From Pseudomonas phage E21, in sequence record PV596763.1: a stretch of DNA of 58,554 nucleotides; one strand, given 5' to 3'. The position numbers were made by a program, and so were the translations under genes. Positions within the stretch are counted from its first letter, which is position 1. Every line of letters starts with the position of its first letter. Positions 26,341 through 34,863 of this stretch are shown in pieces. Below the pieces are notes generated by a model. That model ran no database searches. It saw only the letters and a list, made by a program, of their open reading frames with translations, and was not told the origin of the DNA.

Positions 26341-27104
26341 ATGATGGGGATTTAGACCTTATGGCACTACCACCAATTAAAGATTTTGCCGGATATGATG
26401 GCCCACTAGACCACCCGATCATCATGCCAGTACCGTCCCTCATGCGGGCGGAAGTCTATGTATCCCACGATTTAAAGGACATAGAAATTAATGGCGTTTT
26501 CCGAGACGGAACCTATTCGGCGTCAAGATGGACTGGTTCATGCCCCGAATTGGAAGAACAATTTTTATTCCTAGCGGAGTTGTTGAAAGACGACTTCAAG
26601 GAAAAATGTATCCTCCCCTTTAGAGTGGGTCGAGACAAGTCCGAACTACGGGAAGTCGATAGATTTATCCCGGGGATCACCGGAAACATCGGTTTCGAAG
26701 TATATTTACATGACACCGGGGACTTCGGCACCAAGTATACTCAGAAATACTTAGCCAACAGTAAGATGACGGGAGAGAAAGACGACGGCGGGCTAGTATC
26801 TGCCTCGATCGTGAGCGCTTACGGGTTCGGGGAACTAACGCCAGTTACGCGCGAGGTAACAGACGTTGTGCGGATTTACGAAAGACGTTATCAGATTAGC
26901 CACCGACTCAACCTCATGGACGACGAGGGGTATTTGCTGTCATTAGCTCCCGGAGAACTGAAACGCGTTGACGCGGTACGAACTGCTGAATTCTATTTCG
27001 AACAAGGATACCCCAACGTGATTATTCTCAATTCCGGCCGTCCGTACAACTCCGACGCTACCGGACAAATGTATTACTATTCACCGGAGACATACGACTT
27101 ATGA
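26337..27104 (+). CDS. hypothetical protein (operon gene 2)
   Basis: 255 aa. 4-nt overlaps on both sides. Confidence 0.5.
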   Translation: MNDGDLDLMALPPIKDFAGYDGPLDHPIIMPVPSLMRAEVYVSHDLKDIEINGVFRDGTYSASRWTGSCPELEEQFLFLAELLKDDFKEKCILPFRVGRDKSELREVDRFIPGITGNIGFEVYLHDTGDFGTKYTQKYLANSKMTGEKDDGGLVSASIVSAYGFGELTPVTREVTDVVRIYERRYQISHRLNLMDDEGYLLSLAPGELKRVDAVRTAEFYFEQGYPNVIILNSGRPYNSDATGQMYYYSPETYDL

Positions 27105-27547
27105 CCGAGCACAAGAAATTAACCCGCGTATACGGTGCTAACCTTTGTACTTTTTGCGGGAGAGCATGGGAAGACGGAGAAGAAATCCCGGATTGCGTTG
27201 CTCCTCAAGAGGAGACACAAAAAACCCGTAAGACATTTTTCCGGGCATACTTCCCGGAGCCAACCCAATTTACCGCATGGCTACTATACGGAAAAAACGG
27301 TAAAGCGATGGTGGCTTATGCGGATCATCGGGAGGTGGCTTTACGCATCGGGTATAATTGGACGAGAAACCGGAATGATATTGTAAAGGTAGAAGAATCG
27401 GCGGAGCTAACCCGTTTTGCCGTTTGGCAGTCCGTACCCTATATTGAGATTAATCCGGTAATTATTAATAAACTAAACCAGTTAAGCAAAAAAGGGGATA
27501 ACATAATAATATCTCCCGCTAATTTTAAAAAGGCCATTTATGACTAA
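27101..27547 (+). CDS. hypothetical protein with N-terminal CxxC...C (operon gene 3)
   Basis: 148 aa ORF. Confidence 0.5.
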   Translation: MTEHKKLTRVYGANLCTFCGRAWEDGEEIPDCVAPQEETQKTRKTFFRAYFPEPTQFTAWLLYGKNGKAMVAYADHREVALRIGYNWTRNRNDIVKVEESAELTRFAVWQSVPYIEINPVIINKLNQLSKKGDNIIISPANFKKAIYD

Positions 27548-28172
27548 GTTAGATGAAGTACGCAAATTATCATACTCGTTCAAACTACCCGAAGATGTGC
27601 GAGAGGGAACCTATGTCGTTTTACGTTTCGAATCGGAGGTAGGAAAGTGGAATCAGAACGCAAATATTGTTAGCTATATGCTCGGTGTTATCAGCCACAC
27701 TACGAAGACACAATTCCAAGTTTCTTGTGAGGGTTTAGTCTCCCCGATGCGTTTCGGTCGCGACGGCGGTATCCGCGCAGACAGTAAGGGCCGAGTCGGA
27801 GGAGCACTAAGAACGTCAGTATTCCTTGCCGGCAGTGTCGATACCGCAGAAGAATACATTAAGGGCCAAGTAGAGCAACACAATGACCCCGATGTAGTAA
27901 GACGCGAGCCAACGTTCCACCTCAAACATGCAGACGATTTGATGGGTATCATTGTCAAACTGGATAAGCTGATAAGCGATGCTACGACGCTATGGGGCGC
28001 GATACCTGAAAAATGGAAAGACCGAGAGCAACGACGTGGCCGAAACGACCGGATACCGCATGATATGTTAGTAGCGATCTTGTGTAATCCGGACGCATCG
28101 GACATATTAGCAGACCTATTCAAGTCCATAGCTAAAGCATTCGGCGTATCGAACAAGAAAGAGGAAGAATGA
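27540..28172 (+). CDS. hypothetical protein (operon gene 4)
   Basis: 210 aa ORF. Confidence 0.5.
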   Translation: MTKLDEVRKLSYSFKLPEDVREGTYVVLRFESEVGKWNQNANIVSYMLGVISHTTKTQFQVSCEGLVSPMRFGRDGGIRADSKGRVGGALRTSVFLAGSVDTAEEYIKGQVEQHNDPDVVRREPTFHLKHADDLMGIIVKLDKLISDATTLWGAIPEKWKDREQRRGRNDRIPHDMLVAILCNPDASDILADLFKSIAKAFGVSNKKEEE

Positions 28173-28909
28173 TGACCAACCCATACGCGGTGGAATTACA
28201 GAAATTAAAAGACGCCAAGAAACACATTCCAAAGCAGATAAAAGACCAATGGCGCACACCAGATTGGCTTTTCTATGCGCTAAACTCTTTATACGGCCCG
28301 TTCTTGGTAGATTTGTTTTCTGACGGACAGAACGCTAAGTGCTCTCGGTATTTTATGGCCGAGGATAACGCGCTACAACAGAACTGGAAAGAAGCACTAG
28401 AAGACGCAAAGTTTGAATTCCTCATCGATGCGGACTGTGCGGGTTACGATGCTACTGACGATCTAAAGACGGCCAAGTGTTTTGCTAATCCGCCATACAG
28501 CCCGGCTAAGTATATCGGCAAAGGGCGTAAGAATAGAATTGCGCTCTGCGGTATGAGAAACATCATGGCTAAGGCTTACGAGGAACACAAGGCCGGCTGT
28601 CCGTCATTCTGGTTGCTTAAATCTGCTACATCAGAAGATTGGTGGCCAAATGAGACCGCGAGCCAGATAATCCACATTAAGGGTCGAATCGCTTTCGAAA
28701 AGCCGGTGTGGTTTAGAGATGAGGTCGTAGACCGAGTGGAAAGTAGTGCTGCTTTCGGTGCGTCAGTCGCCATCTTCAACGGCATAAACGATATTCAAGA
28801 GCCGGAAGCCTACATAAGTCGAGACACACTAAAATTAATAGGGGAGCCACTAGCTGAAATCAATGCGGAAAGACGCGCGGAGTGGATAGCCAGTTTCGAC
28901 GATCTATAA
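28169..28909 (+). CDS. DNA N6-adenine methyltransferase, phage Dam family (PF05869-type)
   Basis: 246 aa. N-terminal KDQWRTPDWLFYALNSLYGPFLVDLFS and catalytic CFANPPYS (NPPY motif IV). Confidence 0.75.
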   Translation: MMTNPYAVELQKLKDAKKHIPKQIKDQWRTPDWLFYALNSLYGPFLVDLFSDGQNAKCSRYFMAEDNALQQNWKEALEDAKFEFLIDADCAGYDATDDLKTAKCFANPPYSPAKYIGKGRKNRIALCGMRNIMAKAYEEHKAGCPSFWLLKSATSEDWWPNETASQIIHIKGRIAFEKPVWFRDEVVDRVESSAAFGASVAIFNGINDIQEPEAYISRDTLKLIGEPLAEINAERRAEWIASFDDL

Positions 28910-29150
28910 TTTAAGGGGGCCGTATGGCCTCCCTATTAAAAGGTAAATCCCGTGAAAATTCTAAAGTATACATTGCTTGTGTTGATTGTGATTTCTGCGG
29001 TTGTCGGCTCATACATGGCAATACGATCAACCTCATGCGCGGAGTATGGCCAGAAGAACAAAGTTGCGACCGAATACTCATTGTACGAGGGTTGTGTGAT
29101 AAAAAACTCCGGCCACCCGTAAAAAAGTTCACCTCAAGCGAGAAAAATAG

Positions 29151-29179
29151 TTGACACCGCGATCCGGAGTCGATAGTAT
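29151..29179 (+). promoter_or_regulatory. sigma70-like promoter
   Basis: TTGACA (29151-56), 17 nt, TAGTAT (29174-79). Upstream GGCCACCCGTAAAAAAG motif. Confidence 0.55.
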
Positions 29180-29210
29180 ACCCCTACACCAAGAGATAAG
29201 GGGGTACGAC

Positions 29211-29744
29211 ATGGATCATAAGTACAAGGTTTCGGACAGGAATACCGTCGCCCGAGTAGTGGGCCGTCATCGCCAATGGTGCGACGCATACGTTGAGGTA
29301 AAACGTATCGTTCGTGAAATGTCCGAAAAAGGGATAACCGATCTGGAAGTTGACGCGATGCCGATCCACGCGCACCTAAACCGGATCGCTGGTTTCAACT
29401 CATTTTTTGCCAACACTCAAAACGAATGGTGGCTAAGATTTAGACCATTTGAAGCCTACCCACAAGATAACGGGAAGACGCTAATTAAGTACCGCGACTC
29501 CCACCCGTGTAACATCTGGCGAAAAGTAGAAAAAATGGAATTCGACCGAGAAGATTTAGAACGAAGAATAAGTCGCATCGAACAAATATTACAAGGACAG
29601 CCGGAAACAATCGCATACGATAGAAAAGCATTTCGAATTCGTAGAACACAAGAATTATCTCAAACCGGCATGTCAAACCGAAAAGCGAGAAAAATCGCAT
29701 GGGAGGAAGCCGGTCGAGAATTCCCGGGAGAAGACCATGTTTGA
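29211..29744 (+). CDS. hypothetical protein
   Basis: ATG at 29211 with AAGGGGG RBS. The track's 29151 start lies inside the promoter. Confidence 0.45.
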   Translation: MDHKYKVSDRNTVARVVGRHRQWCDAYVEVKRIVREMSEKGITDLEVDAMPIHAHLNRIAGFNSFFANTQNEWWLRFRPFEAYPQDNGKTLIKYRDSHPCNIWRKVEKMEFDREDLERRISRIEQILQGQPETIAYDRKAFRIRRTQELSQTGMSNRKARKIAWEEAGREFPGEDHV

Positions 29745-29988
29745 TGAAATGCGGAGAATAAAGCGCAAATATGAAATGATGCCACCCGGAGATAACATAC
29801 CTCTGTATGGCGATTTCATCGAGTTTAAGGACGAATTTAACGGAGCAACACATATTGGGGAGGTGTTAGATCACCATTTCAGTTCAACGCCTCACGATCA
29901 AATTTGGAATGTCTTTGTAGACGGCGTGACCATATCTGCGAAACAATCTGAGATAACAAGAGTATACCGACGCAAACGGAGAAAATAG
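29737..29988 (+). CDS. hypothetical protein
   Basis: 83 aa. Overlaps the upstream gene by 8 nt. Confidence 0.4.
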   Translation: MFDEMRRIKRKYEMMPPGDNIPLYGDFIEFKDEFNGATHIGEVLDHHFSSTPHDQIWNVFVDGVTISAKQSEITRVYRRKRRK

Positions 29989-29989
29989 C

Positions 29990-30859
29990 ATGAAAGACCT
30001 AACAAAACCTTTAGTAGAAATCGATATCGACGTTAGAACGGATTACCTACCTCACGGTGTTTTATCCGTTGATATCAAAACCGAGGAAATATCTCACGAA
30101 CTAAAATCGCTACTGGCCGATACATTTGAAGCCATGGTAGTTCGTTTGATTTCTTCGGAGAGAAAATACCAAAGAGGTAACTCTTACCAGAACGAAGAAC
30201 TAGCGCAAAGCGGTGAACTCGCGTTCCGGATCGCCGACCGGCTTAAAAATTTCCAAGATATTGACGCCATGAATTTGATTATGTTTTCCATGTACCATCA
30301 GGCGTATTCTGGACAACAAATTCACCTAATGGATAGTTGTATTAAAGATTTCCATCGCGGGGTGGTAGACGCGTATAACTTTATTGATTCTACTTGCCCT
30401 CCCGGTTGTGCTGAGGAAGCATTCAGAACACTGCTTATGAGCGAGCTAGTCGATACTACCATGAAAGAACTCGGCAAAGGCGATAAAACCTCATACAAGA
30501 TGTTAGGTGGCGATACGGCCAAGATATCAGTTAATCCCCCTGAGTCCTTAAAAGCATTTGCGGATCAACTGGGCGACGAGGAGCTTTACATCTATAACAT
30601 TCTAGGCATGAATTTTGTGATCCCATGGTGGGGCGATACCGTAGTAGCGAATAAGGAAAAACAACTACTCGTGTTCCCGGGTGTACCATATGTTGATCGA
30701 GAGACCGATAGATGGCGTTCACCAGACTGTGAAGATTTCCAAAAAGACGGTCTCGTTATCGGTACAATAGATGTCTCGAAAGAAAGAGAATATCTCATTG
30801 ATGGTTTTATCCTATCTCTGTCCGTATTCAACAGAAAACCGCTAGAGGGCGAAAAATGA
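29990..30859 (+). CDS. hypothetical protein
   Basis: 289 aa. Coupled to the downstream DUF4406-like gene. Confidence 0.5.
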   Translation: MKDLTKPLVEIDIDVRTDYLPHGVLSVDIKTEEISHELKSLLADTFEAMVVRLISSERKYQRGNSYQNEELAQSGELAFRIADRLKNFQDIDAMNLIMFSMYHQAYSGQQIHLMDSCIKDFHRGVVDAYNFIDSTCPPGCAEEAFRTLLMSELVDTTMKELGKGDKTSYKMLGGDTAKISVNPPESLKAFADQLGDEELYIYNILGMNFVIPWWGDTVVANKEKQLLVFPGVPYVDRETDRWRSPDCEDFQKDGLVIGTIDVSKEREYLIDGFILSLSVFNRKPLEGEK

Positions 30860-31320
30860 AATTAGTATACATAGCCGGCCCGTACCGCGCAGACACCATA
30901 GAGGGTGTTGCTGAAAATATCCGTAAGGCACAAGTAATCGGGCTATCTCTAGCCACCAACGGACATAAATTAGGGGTATTCCCCGTGATCCCTCACATGA
31001 ATACGGCGCACTTTGAGACCCACACTTTAACCGTATCACAAAAATTCAGCGCTTTTATTGAGCCGGTGCCAGATGAATACTGGCTACAAGGAACAATGGC
31101 ATTGATGGAAAAATGCGATGCGGTTTTATTGACGCACCCACAAGCCGGCATAACAAGCAAGGGAACGCGGGCGGAGGTTATGCGCGCTATTGAGTTAGGT
31201 ATTCCTGTTTATGACCACATAAACGGCCTACTATCTGACCTTAGAGACGAATCAACGCCTCTACGAAGTATTAATGTTTTGAATGACAAGCGAGAATTTC
31301 TCGGGGCGGTTGATGAATGA
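30856..31320 (+). CDS. nucleoside 2-deoxyribosyltransferase-like protein (DUF4406-type)
   Basis: 154 aa. N-terminal KLVYIAGPY and C-terminal CDAVLL...SKGTRAEVMRAIELGIPVY, as in the Rcl/NDT-like fold. Confidence 0.5.
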   Translation: MKLVYIAGPYRADTIEGVAENIRKAQVIGLSLATNGHKLGVFPVIPHMNTAHFETHTLTVSQKFSAFIEPVPDEYWLQGTMALMEKCDAVLLTHPQAGITSKGTRAEVMRAIELGIPVYDHINGLLSDLRDESTPLRSINVLNDKREFLGAVDE

Positions 31321-31386
31321 TGTAGCGTATTTAATAGTCGTTGTGATGTGTGCCTTAGTTATAACACTAGGGCTACGGAAATAACT

Positions 31387-31415
31387 AAGGGGCGTAATGC
31401 CCCTTTACTTTATTA
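31387..31415. terminator. bidirectional terminator between convergent early(+) and lysis(-) operons
   Basis: aaggggcgtaatgcccctt hairpin (7-bp G/C stem) with T-rich tracts on both sides. Confidence 0.55.
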
Positions 31416-31655
31416 TCAAAACCGGCAAGACCGCTCGCCGTCGTCACCACCCCAACCGCACAACCTTTGTCCTAGACAGTTATGAAATAGAACTTGGTCG
31501 GCCGTTTTAGTCGTAAAGATATCATCTTCACCAATGTAAATCGGTCTGGCGGTTTGGCAAAACGACGGGTTATTTACGGTCTTTACGCAACCAACCACTG
31601 CGAAGACGATCAGAACTACCGCCGTCCGGTAAGCTATTAATCCCCGAATCGACAT
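31416..31655 (-). CDS. o-spanin (Rz1-like outer-membrane lipoprotein)
   Basis: 79 aa. Signal peptide with lipobox AVVGC. Several Cys. The start is embedded in the 3' part of the i-spanin gene in another frame. Confidence 0.55.
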   Translation of the reverse strand: MSIRGLIAYRTAVVLIVFAVVGCVKTVNNPSFCQTARPIYIGEDDIFTTKTADQVLFHNCLGQRLCGWGGDDGERSCRF

Positions 31656-31824
31656 CTTGTTTCACCTCATTAACTCGCTCTTGTTCAATATGGTTATCGA
31701 TAATATCTTCGACAACTTTCTCATTTTTTCCGTCCTGTTTTCCTTTACGCCACGTTAGGAATAGGAGGACAAAAAAGGCGACAACCCCTAGAGCCATCGC
31801 CTTGAGTTTAGCCCAAAAGGACAC
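31570..31824 (-). CDS. i-spanin (Rz-like)
   Basis: 84 aa. N-terminal TM LGVVAFFVLLFLTW followed by a charged periplasmic region. Overlaps the o-spanin gene. Confidence 0.5.
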   Translation of the reverse strand: MSFWAKLKAMALGVVAFFVLLFLTWRKGKQDGKNEKVVEDIIDNHIEQERVNEVKQDVDSGINSLPDGGSSDRLRSGWLRKDRK

Positions 31825-32528
31825 TACTGCCCCAATTTGAATTTACGGTAGCGGACATAGCCGAGGTAAATCCCGATCCCGACGGTGGCGACGCCGAGGA
31901 AGATTCTAGCGTAGTCGCCAGATGAAAGGTCTCCCGAGGCATTATGTACCGCCTCCTTGACCGGTTGAACGACCTCCACTAGCTGAGCAACACCAAGTGC
32001 TGCGGTGCCGGCTGCTACGGTTGCAGTAGAATTAACGACTTTCGGTTTCTTAGTCACCCCGGCCATACGGAGGGCTTCTTCGATAGTCTCGTCAGAATAC
32101 CAAGTGTTTACAGTTTTGCCTTTGAGTGGCCCATTGAACCCGTTTTCTGTACCGATGATGCCTGACACCAATAAAAACAACTGGTCATAGTCGTGCATGT
32201 TGATAACTTCGTCGTCAGGGCCGACACCTAACAAGTCTGCTAAGTTTTTAGCGTATACGTTGGTATTGTTCCCTTTCTCTGAACCCGGCGCCCAACGCTC
32301 TACGATTTCACGCGCGGAGTCTATACGAGAGCCGTTCTTTGATTTACGCTTATCGTAATACGTGATTAACGTTACTGCGATCGCTCGAATACCATAAACC
32401 GGATTTACGAACTCACAAAAGCGAGGAGACGTTCTCTCTGCTTTCGGTACTAACCCCTGCCAAGGAGATCCCCACTCCAAGTTGCCCGGGTTATTTTGTC
32501 TAATTCCTTTAGGCTTTAAATTCGCCAT
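31824..32528 (-). CDS. lysis-cassette protein, endolysin candidate with C-terminal membrane anchor
   Basis: Start revised to the ATG at 32528 (MANLKPKGIRQNNPGNLEWG...) with AGGGGG RBS. Hydrophobic C-terminal IFLGVATVGIGIYLGYV. Sits between the holin candidate and the spanins. Catalytic family not recognised. Confidence 0.35.
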   Translation of the reverse strand: MANLKPKGIRQNNPGNLEWGSPWQGLVPKAERTSPRFCEFVNPVYGIRAIAVTLITYYDKRKSKNGSRIDSAREIVERWAPGSEKGNNTNVYAKNLADLLGVGPDDEVINMHDYDQLFLLVSGIIGTENGFNGPLKGKTVNTWYSDETIEEALRMAGVTKKPKVVNSTATVAAGTAALGVAQLVEVVQPVKEAVHNASGDLSSGDYARIFLGVATVGIGIYLGYVRYRKFKLGQ

Positions 32529-32538
32529 GGTGTTGCCC

Positions 32539-32883
32539 CTATTTTTTATCTGCGAGTTTTTGAACGCTAGTTTTAATGTCTCTAAGGTCTTCGCGAACTT
32601 CACCTCGAAACTGATTTATTTGTTGTGCGGTATTATGTTTTATATCGGTGATTTCCCGCTCGGCTTGTGTTGTTCGTTGTTCTAGGACTCTAACATCGGC
32701 CGAGATCAACAAAACATCGTTTCTAACATTGCTAAACTGGTTATTAACCCACATTATACCGCTACACAACGCTGCTATTAGCGAAAGGATTGTCGGGATA
32801 TTGATCGCCAAGTCAATGCGAACGCCTCCCGTACTTCCATCTCTACCCGCCATATTGCCCCCGTTATCGGTTCTTATATCCAT
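32539..32883 (-). CDS. holin candidate (single TM + charged coiled-coil C-terminus)
   Basis: 114 aa. TM INIPTILSLIAALCSGIMWV. First gene of the lysis block. Confidence 0.3.
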   Translation of the reverse strand: MDIRTDNGGNMAGRDGSTGGVRIDLAINIPTILSLIAALCSGIMWVNNQFSNVRNDVLLISADVRVLEQRTTQAEREITDIKHNTAQQINQFRGEVREDLRDIKTSVQKLADKK

Positions 32884-34849
32884 ATATCATCTTACACACG
32901 ATCCTAACGCGATGTCTCTGCGGTGGGTGTGGCATGTGATATAACGAAGAATCGACGCGCACAACATTTTGATACACGGACGTAGACTTTATGTCTGAAA
33001 GAACTGAGTCTTTATCCGGGTACTCAGCTACCATTGCCAGCGAAGATGAAACCTGAGCGGAATTAATTCGCGAATAAACCGTACTTTTATCAGGGTATCT
33101 GGCCGAGAACGCAACGTTAGCCGAAGTTTGTGTCGTCAACGATAAGGAGTTTAGCGTATTTGCGGGCAAATAGTTAGCCTTACACGCGATATTTTGCGTT
33201 ACTAATCCCGTGAAATCATACATTAAAAACGATTTCACCGGCGGGTAGTCAACCGAGTTTGCGATATTAAATGCTACTAAGTCCGTTTGGCCAACCGTCA
33301 TCGGTAGACGAATATCAGGGTACGATGCCGTTACCGCGATATTTTTAGCTAAACTACCCGTTTCAACATAACTCTGAGGTTCTTCCGTAGACGGGAACGA
33401 ACTCGTAACCATGGTGTGTTGAGTAAGGCCCGAAATAAAGTCGCCTTTCCTCGCAACTTCGTCCGGAGTTGGCATCGGAGTTTTTATCCCGGAAACAATG
33501 GATAGCGATGCAATGTCCTCCGGTGATATCGGCATACTATCGTCACTTTTTAACGCCGTAGATGTGACATATTGAGTAACATGGTTTCCTTTCTCCAGTT
33601 CTACCACGTTATCAAGGGGCGGGTAAAACCGTTTGGGCGCAGTCATCAACGTTAGGATCGGTACGGAATACGTTTCGGTGTAGCTATCTTTATGCGCCGG
33701 CCCGAAGTCCGACTCTAATAACATAGCCACCGTAGCCGACCCTACCGCATTCAAAACGAAGTACGACTCTAACGGCGGTTGTGGGCTATCTTGTACGGCC
33801 AAAGTATTAACTGACGGTGAATATATGTCTGACCAACTCCATGTTGCGTCGACCCCAATAGCCGATAACGATACAACGGAACTAACGTCCTCCGGGGAAA
33901 TCGGTAATTCATCAATGACCGACTCAACTTGTGACAATAAAACTTGGCCGACATCAGTATCGGATTGCGGATATACATACTCCGATGACAGAATCGCTTG
34001 AGTGAAAACCTGAGACGTTTTCTCAACGCCGACAGTCGGATCATCGTCCACTGGTATTGAGGCTAAACTGACAATCTGAGGGACGTTTTCGACCCCCACT
34101 CGCGCCGGAGGTGTGGACGGGTACGACGATAATTGAACGACGCTACCGGAAGATGTGAAAGAGTCAGGAAGACCGAACAAGTCCGTCGGCATTGATGCTA
34201 AATGTGTTACCGTACCGACGTCAGCCGGTCTTGTCTCCCATTTTATCGGAGATGAGTAGGAAACCAACGATATAACGCTAGGAGAGTCAACCCCGGATCT
34301 CGGTACATATTCGATATCCAAAGACTGACAAACGAGCATAACCTCGGAACCCACCCCCGTGTTCGACCACACGTCGGCCGGGCGGAGTTGCGGTAGCCCT
34401 TGGTTTACGAGGTGGACGTTTTGCCCGATAAACTTCATGGACGTAGTGTCGTATTCCGCACCAACGACCACCAGTTGCGTAAAAGACTTCACATCAAGTT
34501 TAGAGATCGGCAACGCTTCAACCCATGAATAGGTCGCGGTATTTATTACCTCACCAATGATATTGTTTGAAATCTCAAACTGGTACGACGTGTCATAGAC
34601 AACTTGGTTTAGCGCTTGTGGGACAGTAATTACCGTTCTAGCCGTGGCGTCCGTACTATATACGATATTAGAAACGATCGACCTAACGCAAATAGGGTTC
34701 AAATGATAGACCACGTTTCGATGCTGAGAACGAAAAAGAAGCCTAGTAGGAAGACGGTAAAGCACATTTCGGTGGGAAGACCTCGCTCGGTAATCCGGCG
34801 AGATCTGGTATACGATAGACCGCGAAGTGCTCCTTGCGTTGACAGCCAT
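32864..34849 (-). CDS. repetitive fibre-like structural protein
   Basis: 661 aa. ATG with AGAGGGG RBS. Arg-rich N-terminus with reiterated IVY motifs. C-terminal half has about 25-aa YPD/SPED-containing repeats. S/T/V-rich. Confidence 0.5.
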   Translation of the reverse strand: MAVNARSTSRSIVYQISPDYRARSSHRNVLYRLPTRLLFRSQHRNVVYHLNPICVRSIVSNIVYSTDATARTVITVPQALNQVVYDTSYQFEISNNIIGEVINTATYSWVEALPISKLDVKSFTQLVVVGAEYDTTSMKFIGQNVHLVNQGLPQLRPADVWSNTGVGSEVMLVCQSLDIEYVPRSGVDSPSVISLVSYSSPIKWETRPADVGTVTHLASMPTDLFGLPDSFTSSGSVVQLSSYPSTPPARVGVENVPQIVSLASIPVDDDPTVGVEKTSQVFTQAILSSEYVYPQSDTDVGQVLLSQVESVIDELPISPEDVSSVVSLSAIGVDATWSWSDIYSPSVNTLAVQDSPQPPLESYFVLNAVGSATVAMLLESDFGPAHKDSYTETYSVPILTLMTAPKRFYPPLDNVVELEKGNHVTQYVTSTALKSDDSMPISPEDIASLSIVSGIKTPMPTPDEVARKGDFISGLTQHTMVTSSFPSTEEPQSYVETGSLAKNIAVTASYPDIRLPMTVGQTDLVAFNIANSVDYPPVKSFLMYDFTGLVTQNIACKANYLPANTLNSLSLTTQTSANVAFSARYPDKSTVYSRINSAQVSSSLAMVAEYPDKDSVLSDIKSTSVYQNVVRVDSSLYHMPHPPQRHRVRIVCKMIYGYKNR

Positions 34850-34863
34850 CGATTACCCCTCTT

